Below, one piece after another: positions 1-8,977 of a stretch of 64,000 nt of DNA (positions are counted from its first letter, which is position 1; the number at the start of each line of letters is the position of its first letter). The DNA is from Dehalococcoidia bacterium (GTDB lineage: Bacteria; Chloroflexota; Dehalococcoidia; Lucifugimonadales; JAGWBF01). Both the position numbers and the translations under genes were made by a program. The stretch is taken from positions 145,956 to 209,955 of the forward strand of contig CBDFGE010000001.1 in the NCBI GenBank assembly GCA_965247055.1. The letters are read 5' to 3'. The notes below the pieces were generated by a model, which saw only the letters and a program-made list of their open reading frames with translations, made no database searches and was not told the origin of the DNA.

Positions 1-476
1 GGGGAGTGCTCTACGCCGGGCTGATGCTCACATCCCAGGGCCCAACGGTCCTGGAGTTCAACTGCCGCCTGGGGGACCCGGAGACCCAGGTGGTGCTCCC
101 CCTCCTGGACACAGACCTACTGGATGTCGTGGTGGCCTCCCTTCAGGGCAGGGTGGACTCCCAGGCTGTGGAGTGGCGTAGAGAGGCCTGTGTGGGCGTC
201 GTGGGGGCTTCGGGCGGCTACCCCTCGGGATATGGCACGGGCTTCCCCATTGGTGGGCTCGAGGACGTAGATGCGGACGTCCATGTCTTCCACGCGGGCA
301 CGAGGCTCGCCGGCAGCGGCGACGGATGCCAGGTGCTCACCGATGGAGGTCGCGTTCTCACGGTGGCGGCTTGCGGGCCAACCCTCGGCGAGGCTAGAAG
401 GAGGGCGTATGAAAATATTGGGAAGGTCAACTTCCAGGCCATGCACTACCGGCGGGACATCGCCCTCCTCAGGTAA
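1..476 (+). CDS. purD: phosphoribosylamine--glycine ligase (GAR synthetase), C-terminal part; 5' end lies outside the window
   Basis: The ORF is open to the window edge. The motif LEFNCRLGDPETQVVLPLL and the C-terminal FHAGT...VLTVAA pattern are typical of the PurD ATP-grasp and C domains. It sits in a pur gene neighbourhood. Confidence 0.88.
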   Translation, partial: GVLYAGLMLTSQGPTVLEFNCRLGDPETQVVLPLLDTDLLDVVVASLQGRVDSQAVEWRREACVGVVGASGGYPSGYGTGFPIGGLEDVDADVHVFHAGTRLAGSGDGCQVLTDGGRVLTVAACGPTLGEARRRAYENIGKVNFQAMHYRRDIALLR

Positions 477-565
477 GGCCGTTTCGTAACACAGGTGGCC
501 GGAACTCCCCGGTTGGGGTGTCCGTGACTCGGGCATAACGCTGTCGTAGCAAGGAGGGCGTAGAG

Positions 566-1024
566 TTGCCGCTGGTAAGCGTTGTCATGGGCAGCGCCTC
601 GGACGAGCCCGTGGTGAAGGAGACGGTAGCCGTATTGGAGGAGCTGGGGGTGGACTACGAGGTGCGGGTGATGTCGGCCCACCGGGCCCCAGACCGGGTC
701 AGAGAGTACGCCTTGTCGGCGAGAGGGAGGGGGGTGGAGGTGTTCATCGCCGCCGCCGGTGGGGCCGCCGCACTGCCCGGGGTACTGGCCTCATGGACCA
801 CTCTGCCAGTCATCGGCGTCCCCCTCGCCACCAGTGAGCTCAAGGGCATCGATGCCCTAATGGCGGTGGCCCAGATGCCTCCCGGCGTGCCGGTGGGCTG
901 TGTGGCCGTAGGTTCGTGGGGCGCCAGGAACGCCGCCTACCTTGCCGCTCAAATTCTGGGCCTGAAATATGATAGTATAAGAGACGCTTATGAAAAGTAT
1001 CGGAAAGAACTCCGGGAGAGGTAA
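566..1024 (+). CDS. purE: N5-carboxyaminoimidazole ribonucleotide mutase
   Basis: 152 aa. VSVVMGSASDEPVV...VMSAHRAPDRV...AAGGAAALPGV...PVIGVP matches the PurE signature. TTG start, preceded by aaggaggg. Confidence 0.92.
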   Translation: MPLVSVVMGSASDEPVVKETVAVLEELGVDYEVRVMSAHRAPDRVREYALSARGRGVEVFIAAAGGAAALPGVLASWTTLPVIGVPLATSELKGIDALMAVAQMPPGVPVGCVAVGSWGARNAAYLAAQILGLKYDSIRDAYEKYRKELRER

Positions 1025-1817
1025 TGCTCTGCCCGGAGTCTATCCGCGCCCAATCGAGACCGAGTCCCGAGCCGCGCCCGGCCCTTACAGGGGGAGCCGG
1101 CCGCCCGCCGTAATCTGCGACTTCGACGACACGACGGCGGTCGAGAACGTGGCCTCGCTCCTGTTGGAGCATTTCAGCGAAGACTCCTCATGGCAGGTGC
1201 TGAGGCGCCAGTCGCGGGAGAACGAGATTTCCTTGAAGGAGTACCAGGAGCGGGCCTTCAACGCCACCAGAGCCGGCAGGGAGGCCATGCAGGCAGTTGT
1301 GAAGGGCAAGGCCACCCTCAGGCCCTACTTTAAAGAGCTGTGGCAATATTGCCGGTCGAAGGACGTACCCCTCGCCATCGTTACCGTGGGCCTGGACTTC
1401 TACGTGGAGGCCCTCCTGGAGCGGGAAGGGCTCCAGGACGTGCCCAGCTACGCCGTCAAGACCAGGTTCACCCCCGAGGGGATCACCTACGAGTATCCCC
1501 ACTGCTGGGATGGCTCTGGGGCCTCCAGCTTCGAGGTGTGCAGCCGCTGGGGCAACTGCAAGTGCAGTGTGCTCGCTGGGTACAAGAAACGGGGCTACAG
1601 CATCCTATACGTCGGCGACGGGCGGTCCGACTACTGCCCCGCCTCCACAGCCGACCACATCTTTGCACGGAGCTACCTCGCCGACGTCTGCCGGGAGAAC
1701 CTGGTCGAGTACACGGAGTTCCAAGACTTTAGCGACGTCATCCGGGAGCTGGAAGGCTGGGCAGGCCGCCATGACCCAGGAGAGCCCGGACCCCGCCTCA
1801 TTGGAGAGACAGGATGA
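990..1817 (+). CDS. HAD-IB family phosphatase, MtnX-like (2-hydroxy-3-keto-5-methylthiopentenyl-1-phosphate phosphatase family)
   Basis: HAD motif I is present (ICDFDDTTAV), as is GDGRSDYCPA...FAR (motif IV). A Cys-rich CSRWGNCKC segment resembles MtnX. The stop overlaps the purB ATG (ATGA). The start is uncertain, because ATG 990 overlaps the purE end. Confidence 0.68.
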   Translation: MKSIGKNSGRGNALPGVYPRPIETESRAAPGPYRGSRPPAVICDFDDTTAVENVASLLLEHFSEDSSWQVLRRQSRENEISLKEYQERAFNATRAGREAMQAVVKGKATLRPYFKELWQYCRSKDVPLAIVTVGLDFYVEALLEREGLQDVPSYAVKTRFTPEGITYEYPHCWDGSGASSFEVCSRWGNCKCSVLAGYKKRGYSILYVGDGRSDYCPASTADHIFARSYLADVCRENLVEYTEFQDFSDVIRELEGWAGRHDPGEPGPRLIGETG

Positions 1818-3142
1818 TCGACCGGTACTCCAGGCCCGAGATGAAGCGGGTCTGGTCCGACGACACAAAATACGATAAGTGGCTGCAAGTCGAGTTGGCG
1901 GTGTGCGAGGCCTGGGCCGAAGAAGGTGTCGTCCCACGGGCGGACATTGAAAGGCTGCGCCATGCCAGGTACGACCAGCGGCGCATGGCAGAGCATTTCC
2001 AGCGGACGCGCCACGACGTCACCGCGTTTCTCAGCTCCGTGACCGAGGGTCTGGGCGAGGCGGGGCGGTGGCTTCATCTGGGGCTCACGTCGAGCGACGT
2101 TATAGACACGGCCCTCAGCCTCCAGCTGGTGGAATCCGCCCGGCTCCTCACAGAGGACATGGACGAGCTGCGCCGGGCACTGAAGAAGCTCGCGCTGGCC
2201 CACCGGGACACGCCAATGGTGGGCCGGACCCATGGCGTCCACGCCGAGCCCACCACCTTCGGCCTTAAGATCGCCCTGTGGTGGGATGAGATGGACAGGC
2301 AGCAGGTCAGGCTGGATCACGCTCTCGACAGCGTGAGGGTGGGTAAGATCTCCGGCGCGGTGGGCACCCACGCCACCGTTCCCCCGGAGGTGGAGCGCAG
2401 GGTATGCGAGCGGCTGGGGCTGCAGGCAGCACCCGTGTCCAGCCAGATAGTCCAGCGGGACCGGCACGCCCACTTCATCGGCACCCTCGCCCTGATCGCC
2501 GCCTCCCTGGAGAAGTTCGCCACCGAGATACGTTCCCTTCAGCGGACGGAGGTAAGGGAGGTGGAGGAGCCCTTCGGCGAGGGTCAGACCGGCTCATCTT
2601 CCATGCCCCACAAGCGCAACCCGGAGCTCTCCGAGCGGGTATGCGGGCTGGCGCGCCTGATACGGGGCCACAGCGTTACCGCCCTTGAAAATGTGGCGCT
2701 CTGGCATGAGCGGGACATCAGCCACTCCTCGGCGGAGCGCCTGATCATCCCAGACTCCTGCCTGGCCCTGGACTACATCCTGGACCTGATGACCCAGATA
2801 GTAGGCGGCCTCAGGGTTTATCCCGATCGCATGTGGCGAAACATGGAGAGCACCAGGGGGCTCCTGTTCAGCCAGCGCGTGCTGCTGGCCCTGGTAGAGA
2901 AGGGCCTACCCAGGGAAAGGGCCTACGGGATCGTACAGAGAAACGCCATGCGTAGCTGGGACGAGGATCTGGACTTCCGAGATCTGCTAAACTCCGATCC
3001 GGAGGTCACCTCGTACCTGCCGCCAGTCGGTCTGGCCGAGCTGTTCGATTACGGATACTACCTGAGGTACGTTGGGGACACCTTCCGGAGCATCGGGCTG
3101 GTGGAAGAGAACGTGGCCGCAGGCCATAGTGTAGCAGAGTAA
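1814..3142 (+). CDS. purB: adenylosuccinate lyase
   Basis: 442 aa. The N-terminus MIDRYSRPEMKRVWSD..KYDKWLQVE and the SSMPHKRNP signature loop are both present. Confidence 0.95.
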   Translation: MIDRYSRPEMKRVWSDDTKYDKWLQVELAVCEAWAEEGVVPRADIERLRHARYDQRRMAEHFQRTRHDVTAFLSSVTEGLGEAGRWLHLGLTSSDVIDTALSLQLVESARLLTEDMDELRRALKKLALAHRDTPMVGRTHGVHAEPTTFGLKIALWWDEMDRQQVRLDHALDSVRVGKISGAVGTHATVPPEVERRVCERLGLQAAPVSSQIVQRDRHAHFIGTLALIAASLEKFATEIRSLQRTEVREVEEPFGEGQTGSSSMPHKRNPELSERVCGLARLIRGHSVTALENVALWHERDISHSSAERLIIPDSCLALDYILDLMTQIVGGLRVYPDRMWRNMESTRGLLFSQRVLLALVEKGLPRERAYGIVQRNAMRSWDEDLDFRDLLNSDPEVTSYLPPVGLAELFDYGYYLRYVGDTFRSIGLVEENVAAGHSVAE

Positions 3143-3158
3143 GAGGACGAGTCGAGGA

Positions 3159-4070
3159 ATGATTATCGAGACCCGTTTACCCAACGCGACCCCCTGGCAC
3201 CGGGGTAAGGTCAGAGATAGCTACGAGCTGGGAAACGGCCTCCTGCTGATGGTCGCCACGGACCGAATCTCGGCCTTCGACGTCGTCCTGCCCACCGGCA
3301 TCCCGTCCAAGGGCCTGGTACTGGCAAGAATGTCCGCCTTCTGGTTCCGTAGCACCGGTTCCATAGTGGAGAACCACTTCGTGGCAATGGCCGACGACGG
3401 CGGGATTGTCCAACGCTACGGCGACAGCCCTCTGTTGGCCCAGCTGCCGGCGGAGGCCGCCCGCCAGGCCATGGTAGTCCGAAAGGCCCGGCGCATCGAC
3501 ATCGAGTGTATCGTGCGGGGCTACCTGGCAGGCTCGGCCTGGTCCGAGTACCGCCGCTCCGGTACCGTGTGGGACAGGACGCTCCCCAAGGGACTGCTGG
3601 AGGGGCAGGCCCTGCCGGAGCCGGTGTTTACGCCCACCACCAAGGCGGAGGAGGGCCACGACCAGAAGATGACCCACCAGGAGGTAACCGGCATGGTGGG
3701 AGAGGACATGGCCCGCCAGCTCCAGGAGTACAGCCTCGGGGTCTATACCTTCGCCCACGATTACGCCCGGGAGCGGGGCATCATCCTGGCCGACACCAAG
3801 ATGGAGTTCGGCCTTCTGGATGGGAACCTCATTCTCATAGACGAGCTCCTGACCCCTGACTCCAGCCGTTTCTGGGACGCAGCCGGCTACGAACCCGGAC
3901 GCTCATTGCCCAACTACGACAAACAGTACGTCCGGGACTGGCTGGACTCCCAGGGCTGGGACCGGGAGCCCCCCGCCCCGCCCCTTCCCGAGGAAGTAGT
4001 CGAGAAGACATCCCAGCGGTATCTAGAGGCCTACCACCGTCTCACCGGCGAGACGATCTCTATCAGCTAA
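3159..4070 (+). CDS. purC: phosphoribosylaminoimidazole-succinocarboxamide (SAICAR) synthase
   Basis: 303 aa. GKVRDSYE...LMVATDRISAFDVVL and ILADTKMEFG motifs. Confidence 0.95.
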   Translation: MIIETRLPNATPWHRGKVRDSYELGNGLLLMVATDRISAFDVVLPTGIPSKGLVLARMSAFWFRSTGSIVENHFVAMADDGGIVQRYGDSPLLAQLPAEAARQAMVVRKARRIDIECIVRGYLAGSAWSEYRRSGTVWDRTLPKGLLEGQALPEPVFTPTTKAEEGHDQKMTHQEVTGMVGEDMARQLQEYSLGVYTFAHDYARERGIILADTKMEFGLLDGNLILIDELLTPDSSRFWDAAGYEPGRSLPNYDKQYVRDWLDSQGWDREPPAPPLPEEVVEKTSQRYLEAYHRLTGETISIS

Positions 4071-4086
4071 CAGCAGGAATACGTTC

Positions 4087-4827
4087 ATGCCAGATTCACA
4101 AGGCCGAAGAAGAGGCCGGAATAAACCGGCCCGTGGGAGGAGAAGGGCCGGGTCGGCGGTTTCAGGGAGTTCCCAAGGCCCATCCGCTCCTTCCAAGCCC
4201 GGATGGTTTCCGAAAATACGTCGCAGGACGCGGCGCAGGATACGGCGTTGGGCCTTCTTAGGGGCTGCCGGGCTTATAGCGTTTCTTATTATCCTCAGCT
4301 TCTCCCTTAGCTCCTTCCCGGGCGCTGGAGGCGGCAGCGTCGGCGCTGGAGGGAGGAGCTCTCCAGACGCCGACGTGGGCACGTCTGTCGCCGTGACGGG
4401 CGCGAGCCATGTTCCGACTGGGCAACCCGTTGTCTACAGCACCACGCCTCCGACTTCGGGTGACCACTGGGGCACGCCGGCCGGGTGTGGCGTTTACGAC
4501 GTGGCCGTGGCCGACGAGACGGTGGTCCACAACATGGAGCACGGCCACGTGATTATCAGCTACAACCTATCGGACCCAGACGAAGTCACAAGGCTTGTGC
4601 AGCTGGCGGAGGACCTCCGAGACCTGGACCTGTGGGGTATCGTCCGCCCGTACCAAAAGATCGACCCGGGTACCGTGGCCATGACCGCCTGGGGGGTGAC
4701 GGACCAGGCCCAGGGGGTGGACGAGGTGCGGATTCGGAGATTCTACGAAGCCTACACCAAGAATAAGTTCAGCGACGAAACCAGCAGGTTGGGGCGGGCG
4801 ATTCCATGCTCCTCCGTGCACGGATAG
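4087..4827 (+). CDS. membrane-anchored DUF3105-like protein with an Arg-rich N-terminus and one TM helix
   Basis: PPTSGDHWG and HNMEHGHVIISYN motifs resemble DUF3105. A hydrophobic helix (FLGAAGLIAFLIILSF) follows an Arg-rich tail. Confidence 0.7.
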   Translation: MPDSQGRRRGRNKPARGRRRAGSAVSGSSQGPSAPSKPGWFPKIRRRTRRRIRRWAFLGAAGLIAFLIILSFSLSSFPGAGGGSVGAGGRSSPDADVGTSVAVTGASHVPTGQPVVYSTTPPTSGDHWGTPAGCGVYDVAVADETVVHNMEHGHVIISYNLSDPDEVTRLVQLAEDLRDLDLWGIVRPYQKIDPGTVAMTAWGVTDQAQGVDEVRIRRFYEAYTKNKFSDETSRLGRAIPCSSVHG

Positions 4828-4857
4828 TCCTTACCAGCCTGGCGACAAGGGGGCCGG

Positions 4858-5556
4858 ATGCATTGCAGCCGTTGCGGGACACAGAGCGCTGACGACGATG
4901 CACTCTGTTCACACTGTAGACGTCCGCTGAGTGGTAACCGGCCCACCGGGGCGGAGCCGGCGAGTCTGGGTCGGCGCTTCGGATCGTTTGTGCTGCCGGG
5001 TGTGCCCATCTTCCTGATCATCGGCAGCTTCGTCCTGAGCTCGTGCTCAGGGTCCGAGTCCCAGGTCGCCGGTGGCGGAAGGAGCTCTCCGGACCCCAGT
5101 GTGGGGACGTCCGTCGCTGCGACGAGCGCGAGCCATGTCCCCGTCGGGCAGGCCGTCGCCTACACGACCCTACCACCGACTTCGGGCAGCCACTGGGGCA
5201 CTACGGCCGCGTGCGGCGTTTACGACCAGGCCGTGGCCGACGAGATGATAGTGCATAACATGGAGCACGGCCACGTGATCATCAGCTACAACCTATCGGA
5301 CCCAGACGAAGTCACAAGGCTTGAGCAGCTGGCGGAGGACCTTCCGGACCTGGAACAGTGGGGTATCGTTCGCCCATACCAGAAGATCGACGCGGATACC
5401 GTTGTCATGACTGCCTGGGGGGTGATCGACCAGATCCAGGGGGTGGACGAGGTACGGATACGGAGATTCTACGAGACCTACTTCAAGAACCGGCTAAGCG
5501 CCGAGACCAGCAGTCTGGGACGGGCGATTCCCTGCTCGTCCATCGTGCAAAGATAA
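4858..5556 (+). CDS. zinc-ribbon / TM / DUF3105-like protein; tandem paralog of 4087..4827
   Basis: N-terminal CSRCG...CSHC zinc ribbon, then a TM helix, then a C-terminal ~155 aa that is about 80% identical by eye to the upstream gene. Confidence 0.7.
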   Translation: MHCSRCGTQSADDDALCSHCRRPLSGNRPTGAEPASLGRRFGSFVLPGVPIFLIIGSFVLSSCSGSESQVAGGGRSSPDPSVGTSVAATSASHVPVGQAVAYTTLPPTSGSHWGTTAACGVYDQAVADEMIVHNMEHGHVIISYNLSDPDEVTRLEQLAEDLPDLEQWGIVRPYQKIDADTVVMTAWGVIDQIQGVDEVRIRRFYETYFKNRLSAETSSLGRAIPCSSIVQR

Positions 5557-5601
5557 GGGTAGCGGGCTTCCTTCCCCCCACCACTCACTGGAGCCGAGAG
5601 A

Positions 5602-5853
5602 ATGTTCCAGGCCAGGATATATATAACCCTCAAGCCCACCGTTGGCGACCCCCAGGGACAGGCGGTCCTCGGAGGTCTCCGGTCGCTGGGCTTCGCCTCC
5701 GTGGATACCCTCAGGATGGGAAAGTACCTGGAGGTGAGGCTCTCGGAGGGAGAGCGCGGGCGGGCAGAGGCGCAGGTAAACGAGATGTGCCGTAAGCTGC
5801 TGGCCAATCCGGTGATCGAGGACTACCGGTTCGACCTGGAGGAGCTAGGCTAG
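5602..5853 (+). CDS. purS: phosphoribosylformylglycinamidine synthase subunit PurS
   Basis: 83 aa. The IYITLKPTVGDPQGQAV pattern is typical of PurS. RBS gagccgagag lies upstream. Confidence 0.9.
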   Translation: MFQARIYITLKPTVGDPQGQAVLGGLRSLGFASVDTLRMGKYLEVRLSEGERGRAEAQVNEMCRKLLANPVIEDYRFDLEELG

Positions 5854-6449
5854 TCCTGGATCGTGCCCTTGGTGCTGGGCACCTGCCCGGCGGCCCGGGG
5901 GTCTATCTCCGCCGCATATCGCAGTGCCTTGGCGAGGGCCTTGAACAGCGCCTCCGCCTTGTGATGAGAGTTCACCCCGCTCAGTATCCTCGCGTGCAGG
6001 GTGATGCGGGCCTCGGCCGCGAAACTCTCCAGGAAGTGCCCCAACAGGTCCCCCGGCAGGCTCTCCACCATCTCGTGGTCCAGGGAAAGATCGAGGGAAG
6101 CGTGGCTCCTCCCGCCCAGATCCACCACCACCAGGGCCAGGGTCTCATCCAGGGGCACGTAGGCGTGTCCCATCCTGTTGATTCCACGCCCCTCGCCCAG
6201 TGCCTCGCGGAAGGCCCTGCCCAGGGTTATCGCGGTATCCTCCACCATGTGGTGCCATCCGGTGGACAGGTCTCCCTCAGCCCTTAATGTTATGTCAATG
6301 AGACCGTGCCTCGACAGCTGCGCCAGCAGGTGGTCCAGCATCCCATTCCCCGTGACGATGTCGTAGCGGCCCTGCCCGTCCAGATTAAGGGAGAGGGAGA
6401 TGCTGGTCTCCCCGGTGCGGCGGTCAACGCTGGCCTGCCGTGGCTCCAA
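5850..6449 (-). CDS. hisB: imidazoleglycerol-phosphate dehydratase (monofunctional, no phosphatase domain)
   Basis: 199 aa. RTGETSISLSLNLDG...GMLDHLL...HHMVED...HHKAEALFKA metal-binding motifs. Confidence 0.95.
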   Translation of the reverse strand: MEPRQASVDRRTGETSISLSLNLDGQGRYDIVTGNGMLDHLLAQLSRHGLIDITLRAEGDLSTGWHHMVEDTAITLGRAFREALGEGRGINRMGHAYVPLDETLALVVVDLGGRSHASLDLSLDHEMVESLPGDLLGHFLESFAAEARITLHARILSGVNSHHKAEALFKALAKALRYAAEIDPRAAGQVPSTKGTIQD

Positions 6450-6500
6450 CTTCCTACTCCTTCCAGGAGAGTCCGACCCTGAGCGCCAAAGGGTCAGGGT

Positions 6501-7610
6501 TCAGCAAAGGTCCCTCATGACCCAGCCCAGCGCCGGGATCACGGCATCGGTCTCGTGGGGCAACCCCACACTGGCCCGCAGGTAGTCCTTCATTCGAGGC
6601 CCGGACAGCTGACGGAAGAATATTCCCTGCTGGGCGAGGCCCTCGAAGACGGCACCCGCCTTCCCCTCGGGAAACTGGCAGAGGATGAAGTTCGCTCGGG
6701 AGGGCCAGGGAGTTACCCCGGGGATCTCCGCAAGCAGCGAGATCATTCGCTCCCGCTCAGCGACTATGGCGTTCACCCGTTCGATCAGGCCCTCTCGGTC
6801 CTCCAGGGACGCCAGGAGGGCTATTTCAGCCGCCAGGCTCACGTTGTAGGGCGGTTTCACGCTCATCATCACCCTGGCGACGTCCGGGTGCATCACTCCC
6901 AGCCCCATGCGCAGCCCGGCGAGCCCGGCCCATTTGCTGAAGGTGCGGAGGACTATGAGGTTGGGGTACTCCCTCACCAGAGGCAGCACCGTCTCGCTTG
7001 CGAACTCGTGGTAGGTCTCATCCACTACCACCAGTATGCCCATCTCCAGCAGTCGCCGCACCTGCCACTCAGGGGTGATGTTCCCGGTGGGATTATTGGG
7101 TGAGGCGAAAAGCATGGCCTTGGTATGGGAGTCCAGCGCCAGCTCCGTCGCTTCCGTGTCTATGGCAAAGGCCTCGTCCCGGGGCACCTCCACCACCTCT
7201 CCCCCGCAGATGTGCGCGGCGACAGCGTACATACCGAAGGTGGGAGTGGGGTCTATAATCTTCTCTCCGGGGGCCAGGAAGATACGCAGGGTCAGGTCTA
7301 TGATCTCGTCGCTGCCGTTTCCGGCGACGATGTGCTCAGGGCCGATGCCCAGGTACTCCGACAGGGCCCCCCGTAGCCGCCTCTGTTCCGGGTCAGGATA
7401 CAGGTTGTAGGACTTGAAGCCGGCAAGGGCCTCGGCCACCTTAGGGGAAGACCCGAAGGGGTTCTCGTTGCCGTTGAGCCTTATGACCTTCTCCGGGGGA
7501 ATCCCAGCCTTCTCCGCCAGGACCTCCGTGGGGTCCACGCCGTGGTACATGTCGAGGCGGCGAATGTGGGGCTGGATGAGGTCCAGCACATCACCTTCCG
7601 AAAGTTTCAT
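6501..7610 (-). CDS. hisC: histidinol-phosphate aminotransferase
   Basis: 369 aa class-II aminotransferase. LNGNENPFG, NPNNPTG-like SPNNPTGN, and FSKWAGLAGLRMG carrying the PLP lysine. The start overlaps the hisD stop. Confidence 0.93.
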   Translation of the reverse strand: MKLSEGDVLDLIQPHIRRLDMYHGVDPTEVLAEKAGIPPEKVIRLNGNENPFGSSPKVAEALAGFKSYNLYPDPEQRRLRGALSEYLGIGPEHIVAGNGSDEIIDLTLRIFLAPGEKIIDPTPTFGMYAVAAHICGGEVVEVPRDEAFAIDTEATELALDSHTKAMLFASPNNPTGNITPEWQVRRLLEMGILVVVDETYHEFASETVLPLVREYPNLIVLRTFSKWAGLAGLRMGLGVMHPDVARVMMSVKPPYNVSLAAEIALLASLEDREGLIERVNAIVAERERMISLLAEIPGVTPWPSRANFILCQFPEGKAGAVFEGLAQQGIFFRQLSGPRMKDYLRASVGLPHETDAVIPALGWVMRDLC

Positions 7611-8977
7611 ATCTGCTTAACCTCGTGGGGGGCTCCGCCGCCTGCCCGCCTCAGTCCGTCCAGCCGGACCTCCACGGCCCGGGCGTGTCCCGTGAGCCCC
7701 TCGGCTCTCGCGATCACGGCGGCCGCCTCACCCAACTCGCCATACTCCTCGGGCCTCAGCCCCACCACCGGCATAGTCCTCAGGAAATGGTGGACACTCA
7801 GGGCGGAGCTGAACCGGGCCGTGCCCCCGGTGGGCATTACGTGGCTGGGCCCGGCCACGTAATCTCCCATCACCTCGGGGGAGTAGGGGCCCAGGAACAG
7901 ACCACCGGCATGCTTAACCATGCCCGCCCAGCGCCACGGGTCCTGGACCATCATGCACAGGTGCTCGGGTGCGATGGAGTTCGCCAGCTCTATCGCCTCC
8001 TCGACGCTGCCCACCAGGACAACCTTGCCCTGCCTCTCCAGTGACACGCCGGCAAGGTCACCCCGCTCCAGCGAGGCCAGCTGTCTCGCCAGCTCTTCCT
8101 CCACCTCCTCCACCAGAGATGGGGAGGTGGTGACCAGAATGGCCGATGCCATGGGGTCGTGCTCGGCCTGGGCAAGCAGGTCGGCGGCACAGTAGGCGGC
8201 TTTGGCGGTCTCGTCCGCGATCACCACCGTCTCGGTGGGCCCGTACAGGCCATCGATGTCCACCTGGCCATAGACCAGCTTCTTTGCCAGGGTTACGAAC
8301 ACGTTGCCAGGCCCGCAGATCTTGTCCACCTTGGGCACGGTCTCAGTGCCGAAGGCCATCGCCGCAATGGCCTGCACCCCCCCGACCCGGAACACTCGGT
8401 CCACCCCGGCCAGGCGCGCCGCCGCGAGGACGGCAGGCGCCGGTAACTCCCCACCCCGGGGAGGAGACGCCAGGACCACCTCTCTGACCCCCGCGACCCT
8501 GGCGGGGACCGCCGTCATCAGCACCGTGGATGGGTAGGAGGCGCTGCCGCCCGGTGCGTAGATGCCCACCCGCTCCAGGGGTAACACCAGCTCGCCCAGC
8601 CCGGTCGAGAGATCCACCCAGCTCTGGCGCATCGTCTTCCTGTGATATTCCTCGATGCGCCTGGCCGCGAGCTCCAGGGCCTTCACCAGCTGCTCCGGCA
8701 CCTCCCGGCAGGCCTCGTCGATCTGCGCGGCTGAGACCTCCAGCTCCTCCAGCTCCACGCCATCCAGGAGACGGGCGTAATGCCTGACGGCACCGTCGCC
8801 CCTTCGTCTCACATCCTCGAGGATGCGCTCCACCGACTCGCCGGGCGACAGCCGCTCCCCGAACACCTCGACGGTCTTGTCCATCATCTCAGGGGGGATG
8901 GAACTCAGGTCCAGGACATCCGCGCGGGTAAGCGCTTTCCTGGCCTCCTCCAGACCCTTAATCAGCTTCAGGTGCAC
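7607..8977 (-). CDS. hisD: histidinol dehydrogenase
   Basis: 456 aa. GIYAPGGSASYPSTVLM, AQAEHDP and GDYVAGPSHVMPTGGTARF motifs. Confidence 0.95.
   Translation of the reverse strand: MHLKLIKGLEEARKALTRADVLDLSSIPPEMMDKTVEVFGERLSPGESVERILEDVRRRGDGAVRHYARLLDGVELEELEVSAAQIDEACREVPEQLVKALELAARRIEEYHRKTMRQSWVDLSTGLGELVLPLERVGIYAPGGSASYPSTVLMTAVPARVAGVREVVLASPPRGGELPAPAVLAAARLAGVDRVFRVGGVQAIAAMAFGTETVPKVDKICGPGNVFVTLAKKLVYGQVDIDGLYGPTETVVIADETAKAAYCAADLLAQAEHDPMASAILVTTSPSLVEEVEEELARQLASLERGDLAGVSLERQGKVVLVGSVEEAIELANSIAPEHLCMMVQDPWRWAGMVKHAGGLFLGPYSPEVMGDYVAGPSHVMPTGGTARFSSALSVHHFLRTMPVVGLRPEEYGELGEAAAVIARAEGLTGHARAVEVRLDGLRRAGGGAPHEVKQI

Noticed and set aside
1673-2473. Long antisense or alternative-frame ORFs inside well-supported genes. 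Examples: 1673..2473(-) in purB, 11147..12016(+) in the hisS-like gene, 27273..28409(-) and 28897..29814(-), 48114..48947(-), 49940..50926(-), 50197..51183(+), 52618..53325(-).
   Set aside because: Their translations are Arg/Pro/Gly/Ala-rich low-complexity sequences with no motifs. They fully overlap genes with clear family signatures. Such stop-free shadow frames are expected in GC-rich DNA.
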